A DNA stretch of 56,288 nucleotides, counting the filler, from Basidioascus undulatus (Eukaryota), in assembly GCA_000826855.1 (NCBI GenBank). It is 6 parts of 6 records of this genome, joined end to end, with 100 filler letters (N's around TTAATTAATTAA, not from the genome) between each part and the next. Parts side by side here need not be neighbours in the genome. Positions count along the whole stretch, not along the records: positions 18,829 to 28,128 come from JTLS01001266.1; positions 28,229 to 37,517 come from JTLS01001267.1; 4 more parts are not named here. One strand, given 5' to 3'. Made by a program: the position numbers and the translations under genes. This document shows, piece after piece, positions 23,713 through 36,623 of this stretch (the first letter of the stretch is position 1; every line of letters begins with the position of its first letter). The notes beneath the pieces were generated by a model, which ran no database searches, had not been told where the DNA came from, and saw only the letters and a list, made by a program, of their open reading frames with translations.

Positions 23713-25761
23713 ACATATCTTGAACGCGCTGGGTCTTGATTGTGCTCGTGACTTCCAGACGGTAGCGGGGCCCATTCAGACCCGCTGGAGCTTGCCTCGG
23801 ACATCCGCGGCGCTTGATCCTTTACAAAGCATGGATGGCCTCTGTCCGAACTGCACGATGCCCTTGCTGGTGTGTAACTGGGAGACGTTGACAACAGCAG
23901 CGAGCCGTGTGGATCGACACAGCCAGCTCGCTGTAGTTGTCCAACGACCCGTTTTCAGCGATCCAGCGTACGCCGCCTCAGGACGGCATCAATCAAATTG
24001 TGTGTACGCGCTTCATTTAATGAAGTATCGTTGAATTACCTTGGCTATAGAGACCCAAGTCACAACGCGAAAGCTGACTGAGTAGTTCAGCATCCGACGT
24101 GCAGTCGTCCCGTAGCCCCTGGTATGACGTTCGGAGAAATCTATGAAAGGACTTTCCTGTCCGTATGCACCTAATGTTGAAAGTAGAGGATTTTTCGATC
24201 AAAGTATAGTACGCAAGTCAGTCATGGCTTTGACTGCGTCGCTTTTGTCCATGCGACTTCGAGGACGCTGCTTGTTGGCAGCCGCAACGGAGAATCGAGC
24301 CAGCACGGTTCTGTCATATCCCGGAGCAAAGGAAAAGAACGTCACACTGGCACCAAAATGAAGGGGAAAATGACACAGAAACAGCCTTTTCGGCCCACAA
24401 AAACAGATTCAGAAGGTCTGACGGCGCAGAACATAGTACGGAGGCACAGGCGGCGGCGATTCGGTGCGAGTCAAGTCGACGTCGACCATGTGCGAACAGA
24501 TCGAGGCTGTGTGGAAGGTTTCGAGAGAAGTACCGCGGGTGGCAAGCGAGACGATAGATGTCGATGTCCGCGCGGAGAACGCCGGGGGTGCACCGGCAGG
24601 AGAATAGCGAGAAGCAGCTGGCCGCACAAGAAATGAGGTTGTCAGCAGAGCCCCGAATTTGGAATGACGCTACTGAGTAACACACCATGATTCGCATTGA
24701 GATGGTAAAGCCGCTCGATCTTCCTCAACTGCTGCATTCCCAGGCCAGGAACGCCGTGAAGCTCGACGAGATTCGTAAGCGATGCTGCTCCCCAGACGGG
24801 AACATAGTCCGCGAGAAAAACTATCATGTCCAGGACCTTGTCTAGCTGCTCACCCGAAACCAGCTTCGACACGAACGTGAGCGTCTGCAAGAATGAGCGC
24901 AGCTGCTCTTCGGGCGCAGCGACTAACAAAGTCGTTGAGCGCGGTCACGCAGTCAAGTAGGAGTGGCCTGGTTCGACCTGAAGACCTTTTACAGCATCAA
25001 GAAACTGGCGAGAATTCGAGATGCTTGGGAACGATCCAGCCATAGCAGTCTCTTGCGAGAAGAAGGCTAAAGCCCGACCGCAAAGGACTTTGGACAACGC
25101 CTCTCTCGTCCAGCTGCGCCTAAAGCTCGTAGTCCTGGCTCTCGAAGAGGCGGGGGGGACGTTCGAAGTCGGAACGAACGAGCAAATCGAAGTTGAGAAG
25201 ACCAGCGGCGATGCGCTCGAGGTATTCAGGGGACAGCGAAGCGAGGTGGTCTTTCAACCGGTGTAGCACCGCCGGGCCGGAGCTGTGAAGATCCCGAAGG
25301 CAGGTCAAAGCATTAGCCTTGACATGTTCGTCGTCGGCATGGAGCACGTTCTCCGCTATCGCAGTAGCAATCGAGGACGTTAAGCGCAAAAGGACTGGCT
25401 CAAGCGCTGCGATAGCATTCCTGCTGCCGTCAGAAGCCGCCTGGGGTCGTAAGCAGCAGTTTGTGCCGGGCTTGTTGCGTTGAAGTGCAATTGATGCTCG
25501 CGGGCTGTGCAAGTGTCGCAGTAGACGTCGTTAGATGGGATAATGCTGAAGGGTCGAGCAAACAGGCGCACCCAGTGTAGTCTTGACGAACGCAGCTGCA
25601 GTTACGTTTGCGCGTAAGCTCGATTCGGCGGAGAGGAGATTAGACAATCCGTCTGCAAGAAGCTTCATTGCAGTTTGGCCAAATCCGGCCTCAAAGTACG
25701 GGTGCTCCCCCGAAGATGACCACACGCTCTCCAGACGCAGCGGAAGCAAAGCGTCGTCCAT
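23713..25761 (-). pseudogene. Decayed multi-exon gene for a Leu-rich alpha-solenoid (HEAT/ARM-like) protein
   Basis: ATG at 25761 and recognisable introns. Helical segments (DEHVKANALTCLRDL, LDKVLDMIVFLADY, AVRTEAIHAL*RI) are broken by frameshifts and stops. Confidence 0.45.
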
Positions 25762-25929
25762 GGCCGCTGCCGCGGCGTCGAGGTGCTGATCAACCCGGGT
25801 GTCTGAAAGAAGCTTCAGGTATAGTTCACTTTTGGCGAGCGAATGACTTCCGGAAGGAGGGCCGGGAGCGTGGCTCGGGCGATGAAACTGATGCGAAAGG
25901 GCGGTGGAGAACGGCGAGTCTGGTATGAG

Positions 25930-26820
25930 TAACGCGTGTAAGGTGCAAGCGATGAGAAAGATCAGGACAGCGATCGAGACGATGATGCACGTGTTGCGAA
26001 GCTAAGAAGAAGCGGCTGAGGCCAGAGGCTGGCCACAATCGAGACGATAGTGACCAGGAACCCGGCAACAGATCAAAAGGACGAGGAGAGCCGGAAGTGC
26101 GGAGATCAAGGACCCCAGATATCTGAGCACGGCTGCCCAGCGACGGCGGTGGACCTTGACCTTCTCGAGAGGTGAGCCTTCGGGGGCAGTAGAGACAGAG
26201 CCAACGAAATCCTTGGCCGCCACCGTTAGTCCTCCAGTCACCAGCTAAAAGGGAGGGCGTTAGCTGCTCAGTTGGCTGTGGGAACACAAGGAAGCGAAAG
26301 GGGGCTCACACTGAGGACCAGCGAAAGTGTCCATCAGAAGTGCGCGCGAACGTCCGGAGGAGCCGGCTCAAATGCAGACTCCTGGATGGAATTGAAGGAG
26401 CCGTTCAGTTTGTGGATAGGGATGAGGATGTTGGTAAGGTTAACGAGGAGCTCGTTGGTGCGTTGCATGTCGCTGGGTTTATTTAACCTGGTCGAGCGAG
26501 TAGATCGCGAATGCGGTCGCGATGGCGCTGAACAGACCGATCTGCGCATCCTTCTCGGTCAAATGCGTCGCATTGAAGACGAGATAGGCCAGATGCAGCT
26601 ACAGGACCTCAATCTCCAACCTCTCAATCTTGAATCTTGCGCTTGCTGACTGCGGTTGACGGCTCAGAACGCTCTCGCACTTGGGCACGGCTCTCGAGAC
26701 CACGTTCCTACCTCCAACAGACAACTTTCAGTGTCTGGACAATCTCCGCTGATTACAGTGGGCTTATGCCAGGCAAGAAGATATCCAAACTCTTGAGGGG
26801 TTGATCGAGCTTCCAGCGGC
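25930..26820 (-). pseudogene. DUF6535-family membrane protein pseudogene
   Basis: IGLFSAIATAFAI / TNELLVNL / FEPAPPDVRAHF*WTLSLVLS|LVTGGLTVAAKDF / HRRRW...LISALPALL follows the DUF6535 motif order. It has an in-frame TGA and frameshifts. Confidence 0.65.
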
Positions 26821-28045
26821 GCACTTGAGACCCTCGTACTACAACACTCTGTCTACGACGATGTAGAGACGTTTCGCGTTCCACAGCTGGCATACATTGA
26901 GACCCTTCGTTCTTTGGCCATCTCGCGAGGCTGGATGACAGACCAATAAAGCCTTCGGAATCTGCTGTCGACCTCGTCTTCTCTCCGTGCGGTCGCTCTC
27001 CTGAACGGTGATACCAGTCCGCACGTCCTTGTTCCATGGTCATCGCACCTGCCAGTGCTGCAGTTGACTGAGCTTCACCTTCTTCTACTGCAAGAGGGCG
27101 AGTATGTGGTGGCAGCTTGTCCCCGTCGAGAGGCTAGAATATGACAGAGCGACGGGCCTCGTGAAACAGCTTCCTCGGGCACTCAAGTGCCTGAAGCTCG
27201 CCTTCGTCGCGGACATCCAATCGTACATCCTTCGCGACTTTGCCCTGCGTCTCGCCGACTCGGGCGTACTGGAGCTCGCTGGGCGTTCAGCGCATGCTTG
27301 GAATGTGCGGCTTATATTTTGGGAGGGTACCACGGCACGTCCCTCTTGCGTTTCGTCTGTTGCCCTTCGGCTGCAAGGAGGTCAAACATTTCAGGCCGAG
27401 TTTCTCTCGTCACTTGAGGATCTAGCCGTTTTGATATTCCACTAAGGCACTCCCGCTTCCCTCCTTGTCGCCACCCACTGCAGGGATCCCCCGGCAAGAG
27501 GCTGCGGGTTTCTGCAAGAATATGGCGGGGTTCTGCCGGACTGGGGGCCAAAACCGCGTCGTTATCATCGATGACATCCCGTTTTTGCTCGAGAATGGGG
27601 ACCTCTAGCGACTGAGGATCGAGCTTGAGCATGAGGGGTCTTCTTAGGTTGCGTTGGACAGGGGCGGCAGGCCCAGCTTTCATCTGTACGAGTTCGAATT
27701 GTCGTGAAGCTTCGGCACCGTGCCGCTTTGTGCGATGGCCATGCGTTGGTGGCAGCCTACTCCAGTGCAGATTTTGCGAAAGAGGCAGTTTCTAGCACGC
27801 GGCGTGATGAGTGAATGACATTGTCGATGGCCCGTCCGCGCGTCTGCGAGAATGGAAGGACATCGGTTGAGGGAAATGCGAAGCGAGCGTACGCATCGGC
27901 AGCCAGATGAGATGGCGAGTCAGCTCTGGAAATGAAGGAAACGTCTAGCAAGCGATCGAGAGCCCACCCGCTCACCTTGCGCAAGCGAAATAATCTCCCC
28001 CACCCATGCCAAACCCTCTTCCCCTAACTCAGCACCCCCACCGCC

Positions 28046-28128
28046 CTACATCCCAAACCTAGCCAACCGCGCCGCCCGCATCTGCTCCGGCGTGACCTCC
28101 ATCTGCTCCCTCTCCACGTCCGCCTCCT
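28046..28128 (-). CDS. C-terminal fragment ending in a p97/Cdc48-binding-type motif; contig-truncated
   Basis: ...EEADVEREQMEVTPEQMRAARLARFGM*. The RxxRLxRF tail is of the kind seen in Cdc48 cofactors such as ataxin-3-like proteins. Confidence 0.5.
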
Positions 28129-28228
28129 NNNNNNNNNNNNNNNNNNNNNNNNNNNNNNNNNNNNNNNNNNNNTTAATTAATTAANNNNNNNNNNNNNNNN
28201 NNNNNNNNNNNNNNNNNNNNNNNNNNNN
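28129..28228. other. Artificial contig spacer
   Basis: N44-TTAATTAATTAA-N44. Confidence 0.98.
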
Positions 28229-28279
28229 TGCGACGGCGGGAGCGGGCGGTGCGACGGCGGGAGCGGGCGGTGCGACGGC
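28229..28279. repeat. 21-bp coding tandem repeat (APPAPAV) at the contig edge
   Basis: About 2.4 copies of TGCGACGGCGGGAGCGGGCGG. Confidence 0.85.
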
Positions 28280-29548
28280 CGCCCATCCGCCACGGGACGT
28301 AGACGCCGCAGTCGACGTCAACGGCTGCTCAGCCGGAGCCGGAGAGCCTCCGACGAACGCCCGCCCTCCTCGGATGCTCGGTGCGAGTACCGGTGCGGGT
28401 GAAGCCATAGAAGAAGAGACTATCGCCCATCCTCCTTTCGCCGAAGGAGCGGGGGCAGGCGTATCCCCGACCTTCGCCCAGCCCCCGCCGCCGCCAGCTC
28501 CACCCGGGGCGGACTTCTTCTCCTCCGCTGGCACCCCTGCGGGCCGCGCGAGCTTGATCCCCGCGGCCTTGGCGAGGCGCTTCATCTCCTTCTCTTCCCT
28601 CTTCCGCTCCTTCTCGCGGCGCTTCTCCGCATCGTCCGCCGAGAGGCGCGAGGACGCCTTGAGCTCGCGCAGGCGCTTCGTGTGGTTGTGGTCGTAGGAG
28701 GAGAGGTGATTTGAGAACTGGGCGACGTTTTTATACTGGGATAATGGGAGTGGGGGGTGTCAGAATGGTTAGAAGAGGTGCGAAGGAGGAAAAGAAAGCG
28801 TGAGAGGTACCTGCTTGTTGCATATGTCGCAGTAGAACGCTTTCAGCGTTTCCTTAAGCTCGGCCTTGACGTCTTCCTTCTTCTTCACGTCGGCCTGTCC
28901 AGTCCCAAGTCCACGCCGCTTCCCGGTCAGTCTCGTCTCCTCCAACTTGGCAAGAAGCAGCCCGCAGGACGCACCTCCCTCCGCTCGCGCTCCTCCTCCG
29001 TCTCCTTTCCGCGACCAATCCGCTCATTGAGCAGTTCCCTGCGCCCAGCTTCTGCGAGCTTAGCGCGCATCTCCTCAGCCTGCGTGGCTTTGCCTAGGCC
29101 CGCGAGGCCGGAGGGCGTGAGGAGTGGGAGGGGGTCGGCTCGGCCTGGGTGTGCATGAGGGCGTCAGGAAGCAGAATTCACTGGAAGTCAGGGGAAGAAG
29201 ACGAGACGCACCTTGCTTCGCCGCACCAAGTCCCTGTCCCTTCGACCAGCCCATCTTCATCAACAGCGCATAGCCGACGTTCGTCTCCTCCAGATGATGC
29301 TCGGCCGTGCGCCGCTCCTCCTCCGGCTCTCGCCCCAGCTCGAAGCCCTCACCATCATCGCCAGCAGCTCGCCGATGGGCGCGGGCGTCGCGCTCCTCCT
29401 CGCTGCTCTCGCTGTCGTCCGAGAGGTCGCCAAAGCCGCGCTTGAAGCCGGCGAGGTGGAGTCGGTTCGCGCGCGGCGGGGAGTCGGCGTCAGACTCGCG
29501 CGAGTAGAGCGTCGGCGGGGGCGCCCAGAGCTTGGGCTTGGGCGGCAT
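28229..29548 (-). CDS. G-patch plus C2H2 zinc-finger protein (GPATCH8-like); 3'-truncated
   Basis: G-patch NVGYALLMKMGWSKGQGLG; zinc finger FYCDICNKQ|YKNVAQFSNHLSSYDHNH; three introns. Confidence 0.88.
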
Positions 29549-30165
29549 GGTAGGGTATATTTGGTGGCTAGGTAATCAAGATCGTGGCAGATCAAGATGA
29601 AGAACAAGTGGGCACGTCTCGGAGGATCCCCAGCGTCACGTCACGTGCAGATAAAGGAGCATGGAGCGTTCAACAGAAGACGAGCATTGCTGCAGGTGTC
29701 GCTCTCCTAAGTATATCTTATGAAGTAAAAGATGTGGAAACTACAATAAAAACGGCAGACATAGTTGAATGCAACGCACGGCATGGGTTGGTGCGTGGCC
29801 GACTTGGGATGAGCTTTGACGACTTCGCGTCCAAGACGCGCTCAGCTCTGACGCGTCCAACTTGGTTGGTTGCCTTCCGCTCACCATCTCCTTGCCGACT
29901 TAGGCCCCCTCGACATTGTACCTTCTTGACACCCACACACTCAATAATCTACTCGACTCAACCACATCATATTACACGACCTCTCTAGCTCCTAATCGAC
30001 CACAACCCACCTCCAACACCGTCGAAGGGACCTCGCTTGGCTCAGAGGGGCAGATCGCGCTCAGTGGGCGGGTCTGGTTCAGCGCGTGAGTACCATTCCA
30101 TACGTGACACGCAGACTGTTACAGAGTGGAGTTGACGTTGATAAGGATGGGCATCAGTCAGCAGG

Positions 30166-33100
30166 ATGGACGACTCGTTCGATTTTGACGACGAGCCCTT
30201 TGATGACGCTGCCCTCGCCGAGGTCGACCACCTCGAGGCTCTCTACAGCGGCGCAGCGAGCACACAGGCCAACACCACAACCCAGACCACCAACAGCCGA
30301 CCCAGTACCACCGCATCCAGATCCACCTCCACACTTACTCGCGCACCCGTCACCTCCCGGACCCCTCCTCCGCCCAAGCCCCCGCCCGCACACACTTTCC
30401 GCCCCGCCTCACACGCCCCTCCCCGCCCCGGTCCCTCCACCTCACGCCCCACGACCACCGCACCCTGCCGTCCTGCACACGCACCCGCACCCGTGGCGGT
30501 CATCTCCCTCTCCGACTCGGACGAATACGGGTCCGACCTCGACATCGACGAGTCCGCCCAGACCCAGCTCGACGCCCTCGAGGCCTCCTACATCGCCTCC
30601 CGCCCGCCGACCAACGCCCCTGGCCTGCGCCAGCAGACGCTGTGGGGCGTAGCTCCCCCCGATTCGAACCGGCCGAGGGAGAAGCCTCGTGAGGTGCAGG
30701 TCCAGAAGAAACACACGGGCCCGAAGAAGCAGTGGGACAAGACGGCCTTTGCCAAGACGGGCTTTGGCAAGCGGAAGGAGAAAAGGGGAAGGGGAGGGCG
30801 CGCGGGGTGGGATGACGAAGACGAGGAGGAGATGGACGAGGATGAGGAGCTGGTGGAGGGCTTCGAACAGTTCCCAGCCTGGCAGGACCGTGAGTGTTGC
30901 TGTCGCTGACGAGTTGGACCACCTGGCTGATCAAGCCGCCCCTCCCGTCCTTTTATCCCCCAGCTCTCCAGTACGTCGTCCTCGTACCCCTTCCTTTCCT
31001 CTCATTCCCTCCGCATGCTGATCGGCCTTGCGCGCCTACCCAGACCCGTTCGTTTCTCATCACAGCCCCGCGCTACCGGAGATTTCGCCGGCTCACGCTC
31101 CCTTCCCTTCCTCTTCCCTTCCCACCAGGCTCTTCCGATGAAGCACTCCCCCGACCGGCAGGCCATCCAGAAGTGGACGTACCCGACGAACATGCCCATC
31201 CGCGAGTACCAATTCAACATCGTGCGTGAGTGCCTCTTCGACAACACGCTCGTCTCGCTCCCAACCGGTCTGGGCAAGGTTGGTCCCTCTACCTACCCTG
31301 CAGTCCTAACTCAGTGATGCACATGCTTTGTGCTGATGTTTATATTCCGTTCTCCGTCAGACCTTCATCGCGGGCGTCGTCATGCTCAACTACTACCGAT
31401 GGTTCCCGACTGGCAAGATCGTTTTCGTCGCACCTACCAGTACGACCCCTTTCTTTACTGCCCAGTTTGCTTCGGCATGCACTCATGCACTCTCTTACAC
31501 ACCTGGCTCTCCTCCGTCTAGAGCCCCTTGTTGCACAGCAAATCGAGGCGTGCCACAAGACATGCGGCATCCCGGGGCGGGACTCGATCTCGCTCACGGG
31601 TGAGAACCCAAAGCGCGAGGTTTACGTATGTGTCTATTCCGTGTCTTTCCTCATCTTCTAGATAAGCTCATGAAGTGAGATGACATTGCGCAGTGGGAGA
31701 GCAAGCGCGTGATGTACATGACGCCGCAAACGCTTTACAACGACCTCCTCAAGGGGACCGGCGACGCGCGGGACATCGTGTTGCTCGTCATTGGTGCGTG
31801 GTTTCCGAACTACACTCGTACCCCTCCCCCCTTCATCTCGCGCTCGCTCTTACAAACGCCACCTACCCACAGACGAGGCGCACCGAGCGACCGGCGACTA
31901 CGCGTGCGGCATATGTTCCCTCATGCACTTGATCTCCTCACTAACGTGCACGCTACGGAACGCGGCTGCCCGCGTGCAGATACTGCAAAGTCGTCCGCCT
32001 CATGATGCAGAAGAACCCGCACTTTCGGATAATGGCCCTCACCGCCACGCCGGGCAAGGACAGCGAGACGGTGCAGATGATTGTGCGTCTGCGCTCTTCT
32101 CGGACGCTCCTCTAGCCCGCTGGATGCTGACGATATGTGAATGCGCATGGTGCAGATCGACAACCTTCATATCGGACATATCGAGATTCGAGTGCGTGGG
32201 CAAAGTCTCGGGGACGCTGACTGAGGCTGACAGACGCGCGTGCAGGATGAGACCGCGCCTGACCTGAAGCCGTTCTTGTACAAGAAGGTAGGACCTCAGC
32301 TGATCTTACATACCATTTAAATTTGACGACGCTGCGGATGGCAGGTCACTACGGAGCACACCGTCAAGTTCGAGGGCGTGATCGCCGAGATCCGCAACAA
32401 CTGGAGCACGCTCATGAACGTGCGCGATCGAATTCATCGCAATTCCCTCAGGGCCCTCACTGATCCTCGAGCGCTTTTGGGACTGGAAATAGTCCGAGAT
32501 GAAGGTCCTCCGCGAGAAGGAGCTCCTCCAGGGTCACGTCCGGCCAGAGGGCCTCCATCCATACCGCCTCACGGCGATGAAGGGCACGATCGGGAAGGAC
32601 CCGCGGTTCAGAAACATGAAGTGGCTGTATGGGAAGATCACCAAGATCGAGGGCATGGCGAGAGCTATGCAGTATCTCGTGCGTCCCCCTCGCTCGTACT
32701 CTCCCTTCCTTGCGCGCGCCGCGGCTCGGGCTATGCTTACTTACCCTCTGCGCCGATGGGATGTTTTCAGCAAGATGAGAGCCTCGGCATGTTCCGCACG
32801 CAGCTGCTGCAATTCAAGGACGGCAAGGGCGGCGCGGGCGGCAAGAAGACGGCGTCGGCGATGAACGACAACAAGCTCGTCGACGAGTGCCTGCGCCTGA
32901 GCGAGGACCTCCGCGCCGAGACGGGCGCGTTCGGCCACCCCAAGATGGACAAGCTACAGGCGCTCATCTTGGATCACTTTGTCCCCGACGGCGACGGCGA
33001 CGCCGACGCCGAGCGCCCGGAGTCGAGGGTCATCGTGTTTGCCAGTGCGTCGAACCCCTCGGCAGGGGTAGGTGGTTGCGCCTGGCTAACGGTGGGTGCA

Positions 33101-35483
33101 CGCTCCACAGGCTACCGCGAAGTCGTCGAGGAGATTGTGCAGGTTCTGAATCAGAATGCCCCCCTTATCCGAGTGCGTGTCCCACCTTATGTTGTATCTG
33201 GACCGCAAACTGCTGACATGGATCTGTCGCCGGCGCCACAGGCCAAGCAGTTCATTGGTCAGTCGGCGGACAAGAAGGGCAACAAGGGCTATACGCAGAA
33301 GGATCAGCTCAAAGTGCGTTTTCTTTGGAGTTTGTCAGCTATGCAGGCGTCAATTGACGTTGATTCCCGCGCTACCCAGGCCATCGAGGACTTCAAAAAG
33401 GGCGTGTACAATGTCCTCGTCTCTACGTCGATCGGGGAGGAGGGATTGGACATCGGCGAGATTGACTTTATTGTCGCTTGTGAGTTGACCGATTTCAAGA
33501 AAACGCTGAGGCTGCATGCTGATCGTGATGCTTCGAACAATCAGACGATACGAATAAGAGCCCTGTTCGCATGGTGCGCTCGAGACGATTGCCAAGGCTG
33601 CATGTGCCTACTGACCCCTTGTTATCAGCTCCAACGTATCGGCCGAACTGGGCGCAAGCGCGATGGCATTGTGCACGTGCTTCACGCCGAAGGGTGCGAC
33701 AAGAACTGGCAAGCCGCGAAGGACAGCTACCGCGACGTCCAGCGCCACATCATCCGCGGCGACCTCCTCGCGCTGTACGACGACTGTGAGCGCCTGCTTC
33801 CGGACGAGGTCGAGCCGCAGTGCGAAAAGGTCCATGTCCCCATCGACGCGTACGCGGCCGAGGAGCCCGCCCCGCCAAAGGGCGCAGGCAGCGCGGCCGA
33901 TTTGGCGGCCAAGAAGCGCAAGCGCGACCCGAAGCGCAACATCCCCGAGGGAGCTTCAAGCGGCTTCGTCTCCGCGGGCGCGCTCGTGCCGAATGGCAAG
34001 GGCAAGGGCAAGGGCAATGGCGGAAAAAAAGCGGCGGCGCGCAAGTCAATCGGCTCGATCAATACCGATGAGGACAGCGACGACGAGGCGATCGAGGCGG
34101 GATTGGAGGGCGTCTTCTCTGCGGTCGACAACGACCGCGGCAAGGGCAAGGGCAAGGAGAAGGGCAAGGAGAAGGAACCTGTCAAGCCCCGTCCGCGACC
34201 TCGCCCAAGCGCCGCCGCTGTCGCCGCCACGGCGGCCAGCTCAGCAGCGTCGCTCTCGCTCCGTGCGGCGGCGGCGATCGACATCGACTCGGACGACGAC
34301 AGCAGCCCGCCCAAGCTCCCCTTCCCCATCGCCTCCAACTCGCGCAATGCTCCGAGACCAGAACCTTCACCCGCACCAGCATCCTCGAACCGCGTAGCCC
34401 CGCTCGGCATGCGTCGCCCTCCGCCTAAGCCGCCGCCGCTCGTTCGTAAAGCCTCGCCCGCTCGGAAGTCGGCCTCGCCGGCGCCGCTGCCCCCGCAGCC
34501 CACAGCGGGGCGCGGCACGAGCTTCTCCGACATGGACATGTGGATGCTCGACGAAGACTCAGACGTGGATATGCTAGCGCAGGAAGCACAGCAAGCAGCA
34601 CCGCCTCCCCCTCCCCCTTCTCAACGACGACGACCGCCGGCGTTGCCTCCGCTCAAGACTCCCGCCCGCGGCTCTGTTCCCCTCGTCGACTCGTCTTCGC
34701 CGTTACCCGAACCCGTGGAAAAGGCGCGTCAAGGCTCGACGGGCCGCATGCTCCCGCCCCCCTTCCCCGTCTCTATCGGCACCTCGTCTGCTTCCAAGCT
34801 CGAGTCCCCGGCGTCAATCGACGCGTCGCAGTTTGTGCGACGGCCGGGTGCCCGTGTGGGCGGCAGCCACCGTAAAGGACGGCCCATCATCTCGTCATCC
34901 CCTCGCGACTCCCCGAACCCCCTCCGACGGCTTCGTCCGCGCTCCTCGTCGCCAGTCGAAGGCCACTCGACCTCCTCGGTGCCTCGTCCCAAGCGCGCCA
35001 AGGTCAAGCGTCGCCCAGTCGCGTTCACGCAGAATAACCTGTTCGACCTTGACGCCCGCCTATCAGGCGACGAGGACGAGGAGGGCGACGAGCGCACGAG
35101 TGAAATGGAGATGAGCGAGGGCGACCTGCGCTTCATCGCCAACGACGACTCGCCGGCCAGCCAAATCAACACTAGCTACGACCAGCACGCCATGTACCGC
35201 GCAGGGCTCAGCACGCAGATACCCGGCGCCGGTGGTCCCGCTTTTGCGAAGCCTGCTGTGCGGCCCGGCGGGTTCGGGATGCGCTTCATACCGCGCAGAC
35301 CGGGCTTGGGCTCCTCGAGCTCGCCGGCTATGGTGAGGGGCTCGGGAGGCATGGGCTCTGAGGACTCATACGATGTGAGTTTTGACATTGACCTCCTTTT
35401 CCGACAACCTTGCTGATGCTGCTTTCTCATAAAATCAGCTGGACGATGGATTCTGCGTCCCTGACGATGCTGATGAGCTGTGA
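30166..35483 (+). CDS. MPH1: FANCM-family DEAH helicase Mph1/Fml1; many short exons
   Basis: Motifs [85 protein letters not shown] and [12 protein letters not shown]. The last exon reads [14 protein letters not shown]. Confidence 0.95.
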
Positions 35484-36623
35484 TGGTTGTCGGGGCACGC
35501 GCTATTGCACAACCGTTGTCTCTTGTCGCTTGCATGCAGCGCACTTATGCAGCTCTGCGTCGAAACTCGGTATAACCTCTCTCCTGCATGCATGGAAAAT
35601 TGACACGCAACATTTCTCTTTGTTGACTTACACCCTTACGGCTCGAAGGGACTTTCAGGATTGTTTGCCAGCGGAGCTTTGATGCGCTCTTCAGTGGATT
35701 GGCGGCGGTAATCAACCGACAGTCCGAGTCTTTCAAGAGACTCGTCGATGTTTTGTGCTTTGCGTCCAGTCGATATACCGCTGGTTGCCAATTAAGAGAG
35801 CCCACTTGGCGTGTGTTAGTTAGACTCCAGTTCAGAGTTGTGCCCCAGTCGCCAATCTAAACTCAATTTCTGGCCAGGTGAAAAAGTCTGGCTCCCAGTC
35901 GGTGACGCCTTCTAGGTGGACCACACTCGGAGGAAGATGCGAAAGATTGCAGGATTGCCTTCTGATTGAATCGGCATGCATCTGTAGGGGCACAAAATGC
36001 AGACTGTGTCGAGAGGCGAACACGACCGCCCGCATCTCTTGCCAAATAGGTCGGGTGGAAACGGACACCACGGCGCGTGCTGAGGTCGCCCTCAGCGGAA
36101 TCGAATGGACGAAAAGAATCAAATGGGAAGAGAAGGAAATAGAGCAATACAAGAAACGGTTTAGACCCTCTGAGGAACATGAAAGGAGATGCTACGTTTG
36201 TGTGTGTGCAATGGAGGCATGTCCGAACCGCGTACAATCGTCCACGCATCCTTTTCCCCTTAAGCACATGAAGCCTTGCTGCCACTCTCTATATCCACAC
36301 ATCCACAGCGTAAAAAGGAAACCTCATATCGAACTGAATCACGAGATTCAGGGTCGAGAGACGTGCTGCAAATTGAAATGACCCAGTAACTGTCTAAAGT
36401 AAGAAAACGAAGATGTACGAAACAAGAAATGTGAGTGGTATGGGAGGTATTACGGGTGTACGTGTTCGGAAGAATATAAGAGAAGCGGTATAAGGGTTCG
36501 GACGTGGATGTGTACAACGGAGACCCTGGCTCGCTGTTTGAGATGTGTAGCGCATGCAGTAAGTTTAGGTAAGTTGGGGAATCTTTGAAGCAGAGAGGAC
36601 TTAACTAGGACTTACAGGTACGC

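Noticed and set aside
27104..27984. Short ORFs at 27104-27445 (+) and 27312-27984 (-) as genes
   Set aside because: Only a weak LRR-like flavour and no coherent model; probably relic sequence.
32378..35416. 1012-aa ORF as a separate large protein
   Set aside because: It is read-through across MPH1 exons and introns that happen to lack stops.
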